Positions 10,791-18,213 of a stretch of DNA of 64,000 nucleotides are shown here, piece by piece; within the stretch, counting starts at the first letter, position 1; every line of letters starts with the position of its first letter. The DNA comes from an uncultured Erysipelotrichaceae bacterium. GTDB lineage: Bacteria > Bacillota_I > Bacilli_A > RF39 > UBA660. The stretch lies in the NCBI GenBank assembly GCA_902780585.1, contig CACZGA010000002.1, forward strand, positions 126-64,125, written 5' to 3'. The position numbers and the translations under genes were made by a program. Below the pieces are notes generated by a model. That model did not search any database. It was not told where the DNA came from and saw only the letters and a list, made by a program, of their open reading frames with translations.

Positions 10791-11642
10791 TTAACCTCCC
10801 ATAATAAGTCTTGAAAACAAAGAATCAAGCCATAATTTATAATTTACATTATAATCTAACTTAGGTAACTCTTCTTCAAAGATAGATAAATAAGAAATAG
10901 TTTTATTGATATCAATCTTATTTAAAATCACTAATAATTCATCTGGAATAGATTGATTTTTTAAATAATAACAATCTAAATATTTAATAAAAACATTTTC
11001 AATTAAACGAAAAATATCTACTGCAGAACTTTTATCAATTAACACATTTTCAATAAGATAATTGTATTTAATAAACAAATCCTTCGGTGCAACAAAACAT
11101 TTTAATAACTCCATAAAATTATCACTTAATTCAATATTAAAAGTATCTTTTTTAAGTGATAAAACCTGACAACGAGATAAAATAGTTTCCAAAACATGAT
11201 AACGGCTATCAGTAAGAAGAATTGCAATTATATTATCCTCAGGTTCTTCCAAAAACTTCAATATAGTATTTGCTGAAGCCGGATTAAGCTTTTCGGCATT
11301 TTTAATTAAGTATACTCTTTTAGTATTAGATAAAGATTTATTACTAAATTCTTTTTGTAAATCTAACAACTGGCCTTTCTTTATATTATTACCATCTGGT
11401 TCAACCACAAATAAATCAGAACAACTTCCACTATCTATTAAATTATTAATAGAGGAGTGTATATTATTTAAATCTTCATAGATACAATCATTAAATATCA
11501 TTTTAATAAAAGAATAAACTAAAGCTAAATCTTCATCATAATTATTAATTTCAATCAAATAAGAATGAGATAATTTATGATTAGAAATAACTTTATTAAT
11601 ATATTGAATATAATTTTGAACAATTAAAGAAACCTGATTCAT
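10791..11642 (-). CDS. holB: DNA polymerase III subunit delta-prime
   Basis: LSHSYLIE, LKFLEEPE and ILSRCQV clamp-loader motifs. Start moved to ATG 11642 (GAGGTG SD). Confidence 0.85.
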   Translation of the reverse strand: MNQVSLIVQNYIQYINKVISNHKLSHSYLIEINNYDEDLALVYSFIKMIFNDCIYEDLNNIHSSINNLIDSGSCSDLFVVEPDGNNIKKGQLLDLQKEFSNKSLSNTKRVYLIKNAEKLNPASANTILKFLEEPEDNIIAILLTDSRYHVLETILSRCQVLSLKKDTFNIELSDNFMELLKCFVAPKDLFIKYNYLIENVLIDKSSAVDIFRLIENVFIKYLDCYYLKNQSIPDELLVILNKIDINKTISYLSIFEEELPKLDYNVNYKLWLDSLFSRLIMGG

Positions 11643-11661
11643 AAACACCTCACAACGAAAA

Positions 11662-12258
11662 TTACTCAACTTCTGTACGATCAAGTAGAGCTCTTTCCAA
11701 AGTTAAAGAATCAACAAACTCCATATCAACTCCTATAGGAACTCCACTAGCTAATCTAGTAATTTTAATATTTAAGTCCCCTAATATTCTTTTAATATAA
11801 AGAGCAGTTGTGTCTCCTTCTATTCCAGATTTAAAAGCTAAAATAATTTCTTCAATATCTTCTTCTTGTATTCTACTAATTAAAGAACCTAACCCAATAT
11901 CTTCAGGATTTATACCATCAAGAGGAGATATTAATCCATCTAAAACATGATATTTACCATTAAATTTACCTAATTTTTCAAACAAAAACACATTTTTACT
12001 ATCTTCAAAAACGCACAAAGAATGATGATCTCTACTTGTATCAGAACAAATGTTGCAAAGATTCAAATCAGTTAAAGTATTACATTTAGGGCACTTGTGG
12101 ATAGAATTAACAACATTTTTCAAACTATTAGAAAACATATCAACTTGTTCTTCATCCAACTCAAGAACAGAAAAAGCAAATCTTTCAGCCGATTTTTCTC
12201 CTATACCGGGTAAATATTTAAAAGATTCTATTAATTGTTTTAAACTATCAGGATACAT
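11662..12258 (-). CDS. recR: recombination protein RecR
   Basis: C4 zinc finger CPKCNTLTDLNLCNIC plus a Toprim domain; 198 aa. Confidence 0.95.
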   Translation of the reverse strand: MYPDSLKQLIESFKYLPGIGEKSAERFAFSVLELDEEQVDMFSNSLKNVVNSIHKCPKCNTLTDLNLCNICSDTSRDHHSLCVFEDSKNVFLFEKLGKFNGKYHVLDGLISPLDGINPEDIGLGSLISRIQEEDIEEIILAFKSGIEGDTTALYIKRILGDLNIKITRLASGVPIGVDMEFVDSLTLERALLDRTEVE

Positions 12259-12263
12259 ATATA

Positions 12264-12557
12264 TTAAAACAATCCAGGAATATTATATTTACCTAGTTTT
12301 TGTTCATAAGCCTCATCAATCTTCTTATTTGCTTGACCAACAGCAACAACAATCATATCTTGTAAAGCTTCTATATCATCCTTATCTAAAGAATCAGCAT
12401 CAATCTTAATACTAGAAAGAGATTTATCTCCCATCATAGTAACAGTAACCATAGAACTTTGTCCTGTAAATTCAGTATTTTCAATCTCACTCTTACTTTT
12501 TAACATATCCTTTTGCATAGCTTGCGCTTGCTTAAGCATAGCTTGCATATTTTGCAT
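12264..12557 (-). CDS. ybaB: YbaB/EbfC-family nucleoid-associated protein
   Basis: 97 aa. MLKQAQAMQKDM N-terminus. dnaX-ybaB-recR synteny. Confidence 0.9.
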   Translation of the reverse strand: MQNMQAMLKQAQAMQKDMLKSKSEIENTEFTGQSSMVTVTMMGDKSLSSIKIDADSLDKDDIEALQDMIVVAVGQANKKIDEAYEQKLGKYNIPGLF

Positions 12558-12568
12558 AAAATCACTCC

Positions 12569-14293
12569 TTATTCTATTTCTACAATATCTCCAAATAAAT
12601 CTATTGCACTACTAGCTATTATATCATCTTTATCAGATTCTTCAAATATAACTTCTGGTTCAGGAATAAAATTATATTTAATACCATTTTTTAAGTTAGA
12701 AATATATTCATTTTTAAGAGAATTCCATTCATCATCAGAAATAATAGCAATTTTCTTAGAAGAACCAGTAATTTTTGAATAAACTTCCATCATTTTATCT
12801 AATATAGAAAGATTTTGTTTAACAATAGCAGTAGAATCATAACTTAAAATCATACTATCAGCACTAACAACCCTAAGATTAGAATCTAATAAAGCACAAA
12901 CAATATAACCAATCTGTTGATCAAAGGTAAAATCTTTAAGTAAATCAAATAATTTAGCCTCATCCTTCAATAAATTCTTATCCGCAAAAGCTAAAGTATT
13001 ATTAACACGAGCCTTAATAATTTCATCTATATTAATGATATTAGAAAAAGAACTTAAAGTATTAACAGAAGAATCATTATCAACAATATCATCATTAAAA
13101 ACATCTTCATCACTAATTTTATCAGATGTTACAACAATAGAAGTATCAGATTTATCTATTTTATCATTATCTACAGAAGAATTCTCTACTATTTCTTCTT
13201 CATTAATAGAATTAGTAGTATTAATAGAACTATCAGCAATAGAAATATTATTAACTAAAACATTATCATTAATAAACTTTAAAATAAATAATTCAATAGA
13301 AATAATTGTATTTGAACTCTTTTTTATATCGAACATATTTTCGTTAACCACATTAGCAAAATTTTCAATTAAACTAACAGAATAATTAATATTATTCTTG
13401 TTTAAATAATAATCCACAAGTAAATTTCTCGTATAAATTAATAATTGATTCATAATTTGAATTAAATTTTTACCATTATAGTCAAACTTATGAAGTAAAG
13501 TTAAAAAATCAGATATATTACCAGTTAATATATAATCTAATAATTTAGATAAATCTGAATTAGAAACAACACCATTAATTTCATAGAAATCATCTAAAGT
13601 AATTTTTCCATTAGAAAAAGAATATAACTTATCAAGTAAACCTAAAGCATCTCTCATACCACCATCAGAAATATCAGCAATATTAGATAATACTTCAGGA
13701 TCAATATCAATTTTTTCATTTTTACAAACATAGTCTAATCTATCAAATAAGAAAGAAGAATTAAATTTTTGAAAAGAAAATGTCTGACATCTTGAAATAA
13801 TAGTCTCAGGTATTTTTTGAGGATCAGTAGTTGCTAGAATAAAAACTGCATGTTCAGGAGGTTCTTCAAGAGTCTTTAATAAAGCATTAAAAGCCCCTAT
13901 AGAAAGCATATGAACCTCATCAATAATATATACTTTATATTTTAGTTCAGTAGGAACTAACGATATCTTATTTCTAAGTTCTCTAATTTCATCAACACCA
14001 TTATTTGATGCCGCATCAATTTCTAAGATATCCATACATTCTTTAGAAAAAGAATATAAACAAGCCGAGCATTTTCCACAAGCACACCCATCCTTAGGAT
14101 CTAAACAATTTATATTTCTCGCAAAAATTTTAGATATAGTAGTTTTACCAGTACCACGTGGACCAATAAATAAATATGCGTGAGAAAAAGAATGATGAAT
14201 AATCGAATTTTTTAATGTTTTAACTATACTACTTTGACCAACGACAGAATCAAAATCCATAGGTCTATATTTACGATATAAAGCTTGATACAT
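12569..14293 (-). CDS. dnaX: DNA polymerase III subunits gamma/tau
   Basis: Walker A GPRGTGKTT, IIDEVHML, SRCQTF, and a Cys4 zinc module (CACGKCSAC); 574 aa. Confidence 0.95.
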   Translation of the reverse strand: MYQALYRKYRPMDFDSVVGQSSIVKTLKNSIIHHSFSHAYLFIGPRGTGKTTISKIFARNINCLDPKDGCACGKCSACLYSFSKECMDILEIDAASNNGVDEIRELRNKISLVPTELKYKVYIIDEVHMLSIGAFNALLKTLEEPPEHAVFILATTDPQKIPETIISRCQTFSFQKFNSSFLFDRLDYVCKNEKIDIDPEVLSNIADISDGGMRDALGLLDKLYSFSNGKITLDDFYEINGVVSNSDLSKLLDYILTGNISDFLTLLHKFDYNGKNLIQIMNQLLIYTRNLLVDYYLNKNNINYSVSLIENFANVVNENMFDIKKSSNTIISIELFILKFINDNVLVNNISIADSSINTTNSINEEEIVENSSVDNDKIDKSDTSIVVTSDKISDEDVFNDDIVDNDSSVNTLSSFSNIINIDEIIKARVNNTLAFADKNLLKDEAKLFDLLKDFTFDQQIGYIVCALLDSNLRVVSADSMILSYDSTAIVKQNLSILDKMMEVYSKITGSSKKIAIISDDEWNSLKNEYISNLKNGIKYNFIPEPEVIFEESDKDDIIASSAIDLFGDIVEIE

Positions 14294-14331
14294 AATAAAA
14301 CCTCCACAAATATTATAACAAAAAAAAAGAA

Positions 14332-14781
14332 TTATTTCATTCTTTGTATTTTAAAAAAAGAACTTAATAACTTTTTTGATTTATCCACAGCTAAATTAGT
14401 ATATAATTTAACCTCAGGATTAATATTATCACCTTTAAATATTGATTCAATAATAGATAAATTATTATCATCAGAATTAGATAAAGCAGAATAAACAGTT
14501 TTAATTCTAGATTGTTTAATAGCACTAGCACACATTGAACACGGATCTAAAGTAACATACAATTCACAACCATCCAATCTCCAATTATTAAGTTTTCTTT
14601 CAGCTTTCTTAATAGCAATAATTTCAGCATGATCTAAAACAGAGTTAGAAGACTCTTTTTTATTATAACCAGTAGAAATAATTACATTATCTTTCACAAT
14701 AACTGCCCCAATTGGGACTTCATTAAGAGAAAAAGCTTTTTCAGCACATTTAAATGCATATTCAAAATATTTATTATCCAT
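14332..14781 (-). CDS. tadA: tRNA-specific adenosine deaminase
   Basis: Cytidine-deaminase fold motifs HAEIIAI and PCSMCASAI. Start set at ATG 14781 (AGGTGA SD) rather than ORF-track GTG 14790. Confidence 0.9.
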   Translation of the reverse strand: MDNKYFEYAFKCAEKAFSLNEVPIGAVIVKDNVIISTGYNKKESSNSVLDHAEIIAIKKAERKLNNWRLDGCELYVTLDPCSMCASAIKQSRIKTVYSALSNSDDNNLSIIESIFKGDNINPEVKLYTNLAVDKSKKLLSSFFKIQRMK

Positions 14782-14796
14782 AATATTCACCTAAAT

Positions 14797-14878
14797 AAAA
14801 AGTGCACATGAAAGGAGGACTTTAAGGCTGCTATTTTCCAATCCTGACCTGTTTCAGCCACTTTCATTGCACGAGATT
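14797..14878 (-). ncRNA. ffs: signal recognition particle RNA, small (4.5S-like, no Alu domain)
   Basis: Minus strand reads GUGCAAUGAAAGUGGCUGAAACAGGUCAGGAUUGGAAAAUAGCAGCCUUAAAGUCCUCCUUUCAUGUGCAC followed by a U5 tract. CAGGUCAGG..GGAA..AGCAGCC matches the conserved helix-8 motif of E. coli 4.5S RNA (CAGGUCAGGUCCGGAAGGAAGCAGCC). The two ends pair. Confidence 0.7.
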
Positions 14879-14972
14879 ATTTTATTATAAAAAAAAAGAA
14901 AAGTAAACAATTATTACTATAAAACAGTTAGATTATATATTAATATACTGAAAAAAATTAAATTCTTATCTA

Positions 14973-14988
14973 TGTTTCACGTGAAACA
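14973..14988. promoter_or_regulatory. parS-like site 1
   Basis: TGTTTCACGTGAAACA, a perfect 16-bp palindrome that fits the ParB/Spo0J parS consensus TGTTNCACGTGAAACA. Confidence 0.75.
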
Positions 14989-15012
14989 TTACACTTCTAC
15001 TTCTATTCAAAT

Positions 15013-15028
15013 TATTTCCCGGGAAATA
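15013..15028. promoter_or_regulatory. NBS-like (Noc-binding-site) palindrome 1
   Basis: TATTTCCCGGGAAATA. The core ATTTCCCGGGAAAT equals the published B. subtilis Noc-binding-site consensus. Confidence 0.7.
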
Positions 15029-15046
15029 TTTTAATAATTCTACCTA

Positions 15047-15062
15047 TGTTCCACGTGAAACA
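15047..15062. promoter_or_regulatory. parS-like site 2
   Basis: TGTTCCACGTGAAACA, identical to the canonical B. subtilis parS. Confidence 0.75.
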
Positions 15063-15086
15063 TTGTGTTTCAACTTCTATTCAGAT

Positions 15087-15102
15087 TATTTCCCGGGAAA
15101 TA
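15087..15102. promoter_or_regulatory. NBS-like palindrome 2
   Basis: TATTTCCCGGGAAATA, exact. Confidence 0.7.
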
Positions 15103-15121
15103 TTTTTAGTACTTCTACCTA

Positions 15122-15137
15122 TGTTTCACGTGTAACA
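15122..15137. promoter_or_regulatory. parS-like site 3 (degenerate)
   Basis: TGTTTCACGTGTAACA, one mismatch to consensus (GAAACA to GTAACA). Confidence 0.5.
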
Positions 15138-15161
15138 TTGTGTTTCTACTTCTATTCAGAT

Positions 15162-15177
15162 TATTTCCCGGGAAATA
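15162..15177. promoter_or_regulatory. NBS-like palindrome 3
   Basis: TATTTCCCGGGAAATA, exact. Confidence 0.7.
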
Positions 15178-15196
15178 TTTTTAGTACTTTTACCTA

Positions 15197-15212
15197 TGTT
15201 CCACGTGAAACA
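15197..15212. promoter_or_regulatory. parS-like site 4
   Basis: TGTTCCACGTGAAACA. Confidence 0.75.
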
Positions 15213-15236
15213 TTGTGCTTCTACTTCTATTTAGAT

Positions 15237-15252
15237 TATTTTCCGGGAAATA
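15237..15252. promoter_or_regulatory. NBS-like palindrome 4 (degenerate)
   Basis: TATTTTCCGGGAAATA, one C-to-T change in the left half-site. Confidence 0.5.
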
Positions 15253-15271
15253 TATTTAGTACTTTTACCTA

Positions 15272-15287
15272 TGTTTCACGTGAAACA
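15272..15287. promoter_or_regulatory. parS-like site 5
   Basis: TGTTTCACGTGAAACA. Confidence 0.75.
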
Positions 15288-15311
15288 TTGTACTTCTACT
15301 TCTATTCAGAT

Positions 15312-15327
15312 TATTTCCCGGGAAATA
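15312..15327. promoter_or_regulatory. NBS-like palindrome 5
   Basis: TATTTCCCGGGAAATA, exact. Confidence 0.7.
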
Positions 15328-15345
15328 TTTTAGTACTTCTACCTA

Positions 15346-15361
15346 TGTTCCACGTGAAACA
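15346..15361. promoter_or_regulatory. parS-like site 6
   Basis: TGTTCCACGTGAAACA. Confidence 0.75.
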
Positions 15362-15385
15362 TTATACTTCTACTTTTATTCAGAT

Positions 15386-15401
15386 TATTTTCCGGGAAAT
15401 A
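15386..15401. promoter_or_regulatory. NBS-like palindrome 6 (degenerate)
   Basis: TATTTTCCGGGAAATA, one C-to-T change. Confidence 0.5.
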
Positions 15402-15420
15402 TTTTTTGTACTTCTACCTA

Positions 15421-15436
15421 TGTTTCACGTGAAACA
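15421..15436. promoter_or_regulatory. parS-like site 7
   Basis: TGTTTCACGTGAAACA. Confidence 0.75.
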
Positions 15437-15460
15437 TTATACTTCTACTTCTATTTAGAT

Positions 15461-15476
15461 TATTTCCCGGGAAATA
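15461..15476. promoter_or_regulatory. NBS-like palindrome 7
   Basis: TATTTCCCGGGAAATA, exact. Confidence 0.7.
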
Positions 15477-15495
15477 TTTTTAGTACTTCTACCTA

Positions 15496-15511
15496 TGTTC
15501 CACGTGAAACA
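15496..15511. promoter_or_regulatory. parS-like site 8
   Basis: TGTTCCACGTGAAACA. Confidence 0.75.
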
Positions 15512-15535
15512 TTATATTTCTACTTCTATTTAGAT

Positions 15536-15551
15536 TATTTCCCGGGAAATA
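15536..15551. promoter_or_regulatory. NBS-like palindrome 8
   Basis: TATTTCCCGGGAAATA, exact. Confidence 0.7.
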
Positions 15552-15570
15552 TTTTTAGTACTTCTACCTA

Positions 15571-15586
15571 TGTTCCACGTGAAACA
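15571..15586. promoter_or_regulatory. parS-like site 9
   Basis: TGTTCCACGTGAAACA. Confidence 0.75.
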
Positions 15587-15610
15587 TTGTATTTCAACTT
15601 CTATTTAGAT

Positions 15611-15626
15611 TATTTCCCGGGAAATA
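15611..15626. promoter_or_regulatory. NBS-like palindrome 9
   Basis: TATTTCCCGGGAAATA, exact. The array ends just after it. Confidence 0.7.
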
Positions 15627-15703
15627 TTTACAACAACTTAATTATATTCAAATAAAGTATTAATAAACATTAAAAACTTTTTTCCACATAGCAATTAACC
15701 AAT

Positions 15704-15728
15704 AAAAAACAGATACTAAATGTATCTG
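15704..15728 (-). terminator. rho-independent terminator after gyrA
   Basis: Minus strand reads CAGATAC-AUUUA-GUAUCUG followed by U6, 9 nt after the gyrA stop. Confidence 0.7.
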
Positions 15729-15736
15729 CTATAAAA

Positions 15737-18202
15737 TTATTCAACTGTATTTTCAACAGGCTCTTCATCAATAAATTCAGAATTTTCATCATCATTATAA
15801 ACGAGTGCAACAGTAGAGACTTTTTGATTATCTTTTAAATTAATTAATCTTACACCCTGTGTAGCACGTTTTAAAGTAGAAACTTGATCTAATGGAAGTT
15901 TAATAATAATACCACTATTAGTAATTATTAATAAATTTAAAGGAGCATTAGGTTCATGACATTTTAATGAAGTCATCATACCATTCTTCTCAGTAACGTT
16001 TAAAGCTTTAACACCTTTACTACCACGATGAGTAAGTCTATATTCATCAATTAAAGTTTGTTTACCATAACCATTTTCAGTAACAATTAATACGTGATGA
16101 CCACTTTCCACAACCTCTGCACCAACAACAACTGCATCACCAAGGTCCATTCCTTTAACTCCAGAACTACTTCGACCCATAGATCTAACTTCATCTTCAT
16201 TAAAACGAACTAATCTACCATTACTTGCACCAATAACAATTTCATTTTTTCCACAAGTGCTTTTTACGCTTATTAATTCATCATTTTCTTTAAGAACAAT
16301 AGCAATTTTACCACTCTTTCTTATATTATCAAATTCTTCAATAGGAGTTCTCTTAACAATACCTTTCTTAGTAGCAAACATTAAATATTTACTATTTTCA
16401 TCATTTTGACGAATACTAACTATCGAACTAATGTTCTCGTCTTTTTCAAGTGGTAATAAATTAATAATTGGTAAACCTTTAGACTGTCTAGAAAATTCTG
16501 GAACTTCATAACCCTTCATTCTATATACTCTACCCTTATTAGAGAAGAATAAAATATAATCATGGGTACTCATTGAAATTAAATGTTCTACAAAATCTTC
16601 CTCATTAGTAGACATTCCCTTTATACCAACACCACCACGGTTCTGAGTCTTATAAGTATCAGTTCTCAATCTCTTAATATAACCATTTCTAGTTAAATTA
16701 ATAATAATGTCTTCTTCTGGAATTAAAGATTCATCTTCAATATATTCAATAGCTGTCATATCAATATTAGTACGTCTCTCATCACCATATTTTTGCTTAA
16801 TTTCAAGTAATTCATTCTTAATTACTTCTAAAATCTTTTCATCACTAGCTAAAATAGCCTTTAATTCAGCAATTGTCTTTAATAAATCACTTAATTCACT
16901 CTCTATTTTTTCTCTTTCTAAACCAGTTAAACGGCGAAGTCTCATTTCTAGAATAGCATTAGCTTGAATTTCAGTTAATTTAAAGCCATTCATTAAACCG
17001 TTTTTTGCTTCCTCATCAGATTGAGAACCACGAATTACTTTAATAACCGCATCAATATGATCTAAAGCTATTTTTAATCCCTCTAAAATGTGAACTCTTT
17101 TTTCCGCAACGTCTAAATCAAATCTAGTACGACGAATAATAACTTCTTTTTGATAATCAATATACTTAACAATAATATCTTTTAATCCTAATGTTTTAGG
17201 AACACCTTGATCTAACATTAAGAATATGATTCCATAAGTAGTTTGAAATTGTGTATGCTTATATAGTTTATTTAAAACAACTTGAGCATTAGCGTCCTTT
17301 TTTAAAGTAATAGTTATTTTAATTCCATCTTTTAAATCAGAATGATAATCAGCTATACCCTCAATTACTTTATTATGAACTAATTCAGCTACTTTATTCT
17401 TTAATTCCAAAGTATTAACACCATATGGAACTTCATCAATAATTATATATTGTTTTCCATTTTCTTCTTCAATAGTAGCCCTACTACGTACTGTAATTGA
17501 ACCTCTACCAGTTTCATAAGCCTTACGAATACCACTATTTCCTAGAATAATAGCACCTGTAGGAAAATCAGGCCCTTTAATATATTGCATTAATTCATCA
17601 AGTTCAATATCAGGCTTATCAATATAAGCTACACAACCATCAATAACTTCACCTAAATTATGTGGAGGTATATTAGTAGCCATACCAACAGCAATTCCTG
17701 TTGTACCATTAACTAAAATATTAGGAAATCTTGAAGGTAAAACCTCTGGCTCTCGTTCACTCTCATCAAAGTTAGGTATAAAATTAACCGTATCCTTATT
17801 GATATTTCTTAATAATTCAAGAGACATCTTAGAAAGCCTAGACTCAGTATAACGCATTGCTGCTGCACCATAACCTTCAATATTACCAAAATTACCATGA
17901 CCATCTACTAACATATAACGGTAAGAAAAGTCCTGAGCCATTCTTACCATAGCCTCATAAATAGAAGAATCACCATGAGGGTGATATTTACCCATAACAT
18001 CTCCAACAATTCTAGCACTCTTTTTATGAGGTTTATCTGGAGTATAACCAGATTCATACATAGAGTATAAAATACGTCTGTGTACAGGCTTTAAACCATC
18101 TCTAAGGTCAGGAAGTGCTCTAGCAACAATAACACTCATAGAATACTCTAAAAATGAGTCCTGAACTTCTTTTACTATATTATTTTTTTCTAATCTATCC
18201 AT
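15737..18202 (-). CDS. gyrA: DNA gyrase subunit A
   Basis: 821 aa. AAMRYTE active-site Tyr region and a C-terminal beta-pinwheel. gyrB-gyrA synteny. Confidence 0.97.
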   Translation of the reverse strand: MDRLEKNNIVKEVQDSFLEYSMSVIVARALPDLRDGLKPVHRRILYSMYESGYTPDKPHKKSARIVGDVMGKYHPHGDSSIYEAMVRMAQDFSYRYMLVDGHGNFGNIEGYGAAAMRYTESRLSKMSLELLRNINKDTVNFIPNFDESEREPEVLPSRFPNILVNGTTGIAVGMATNIPPHNLGEVIDGCVAYIDKPDIELDELMQYIKGPDFPTGAIILGNSGIRKAYETGRGSITVRSRATIEEENGKQYIIIDEVPYGVNTLELKNKVAELVHNKVIEGIADYHSDLKDGIKITITLKKDANAQVVLNKLYKHTQFQTTYGIIFLMLDQGVPKTLGLKDIIVKYIDYQKEVIIRRTRFDLDVAEKRVHILEGLKIALDHIDAVIKVIRGSQSDEEAKNGLMNGFKLTEIQANAILEMRLRRLTGLEREKIESELSDLLKTIAELKAILASDEKILEVIKNELLEIKQKYGDERRTNIDMTAIEYIEDESLIPEEDIIINLTRNGYIKRLRTDTYKTQNRGGVGIKGMSTNEEDFVEHLISMSTHDYILFFSNKGRVYRMKGYEVPEFSRQSKGLPIINLLPLEKDENISSIVSIRQNDENSKYLMFATKKGIVKRTPIEEFDNIRKSGKIAIVLKENDELISVKSTCGKNEIVIGASNGRLVRFNEDEVRSMGRSSSGVKGMDLGDAVVVGAEVVESGHHVLIVTENGYGKQTLIDEYRLTHRGSKGVKALNVTEKNGMMTSLKCHEPNAPLNLLIITNSGIIIKLPLDQVSTLKRATQGVRLINLKDNQKVSTVALVYNDDENSEFIDEEPVENTVE

Positions 18203-18213
18203 TTAAAACCCTC

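Larger units (their letters stand above)
14970..15630. repeat. tandem repeat array, 9 units (period 75 bp, two units of 74 bp, last unit truncated), each carrying one parS-like and one NBS-like palindrome
   Basis: Unit starts (CTATGTT) at 14970, 15044, 15119, 15194, 15269, 15343, 15418, 15493 and 15568. Consensus is CTA-TGTTYCACGTGAAACA-TTGTACTTCTACTTCTATTYAGAT-TATTTCCCGGGAAATA-TTTTTAGTACTTCTAC. Non-coding spacer between the gyrA terminator and the SRP-RNA/tadA promoter. Confidence 0.95.

Noticed and set aside
12050-13385. Plus-strand ORFs 12050-12409, 12513-12782 and 13035-13385. The same applies to 1155-1482, 14285-14494, 16707-16967, 19276-19476, 26388-26627, 28606-28869, 32057-32296, 35500-36435, 39116-39355, 40341-40592, 41945-42127, 42778-42969, 46501-46784, 48849-49034, 51378-51560, 54178-54363, 55409-55615, 57946-58182, 61977-62292 and 63540-63764.
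   Set aside because: All lie antisense to, or out of frame within, long ORFs with clear family signatures. None has an SD or a recognisable motif.
15063-15458. 131-aa plus-strand ORF from the ORF track (MCFNFYSDYFPGNIFSTSTYV...) lying entirely inside the repeat array
   Set aside because: The repeat period (75 bp) is a multiple of three, so any frame without stops stays open across units. The 'protein' is just the repeat translated (YFPGNIFST... reiterated). It has no SD, and two 74-bp units break the frame at either end.
14970-15630. CRISPR array interpretation of the regularly spaced palindromes
   Set aside because: There are no unique spacers. The entire 75-bp unit, including the segments between palindromes, is repeated with only point differences. 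Two different palindromes alternate, and no cas genes or leader are present in the window.
15680-15688. Isolated DnaA-box-like 9-mers (TTTTCCACA at 15680-15688 next to the array; perfect TTATCCACA at 21918-21926 downstream of dnaN)
   Set aside because: In DNA this AT-rich, roughly one such 9-mer per 64 kb is expected by chance. Single boxes without clustering are not evidence for a DnaA-binding locus. I note them only as context.
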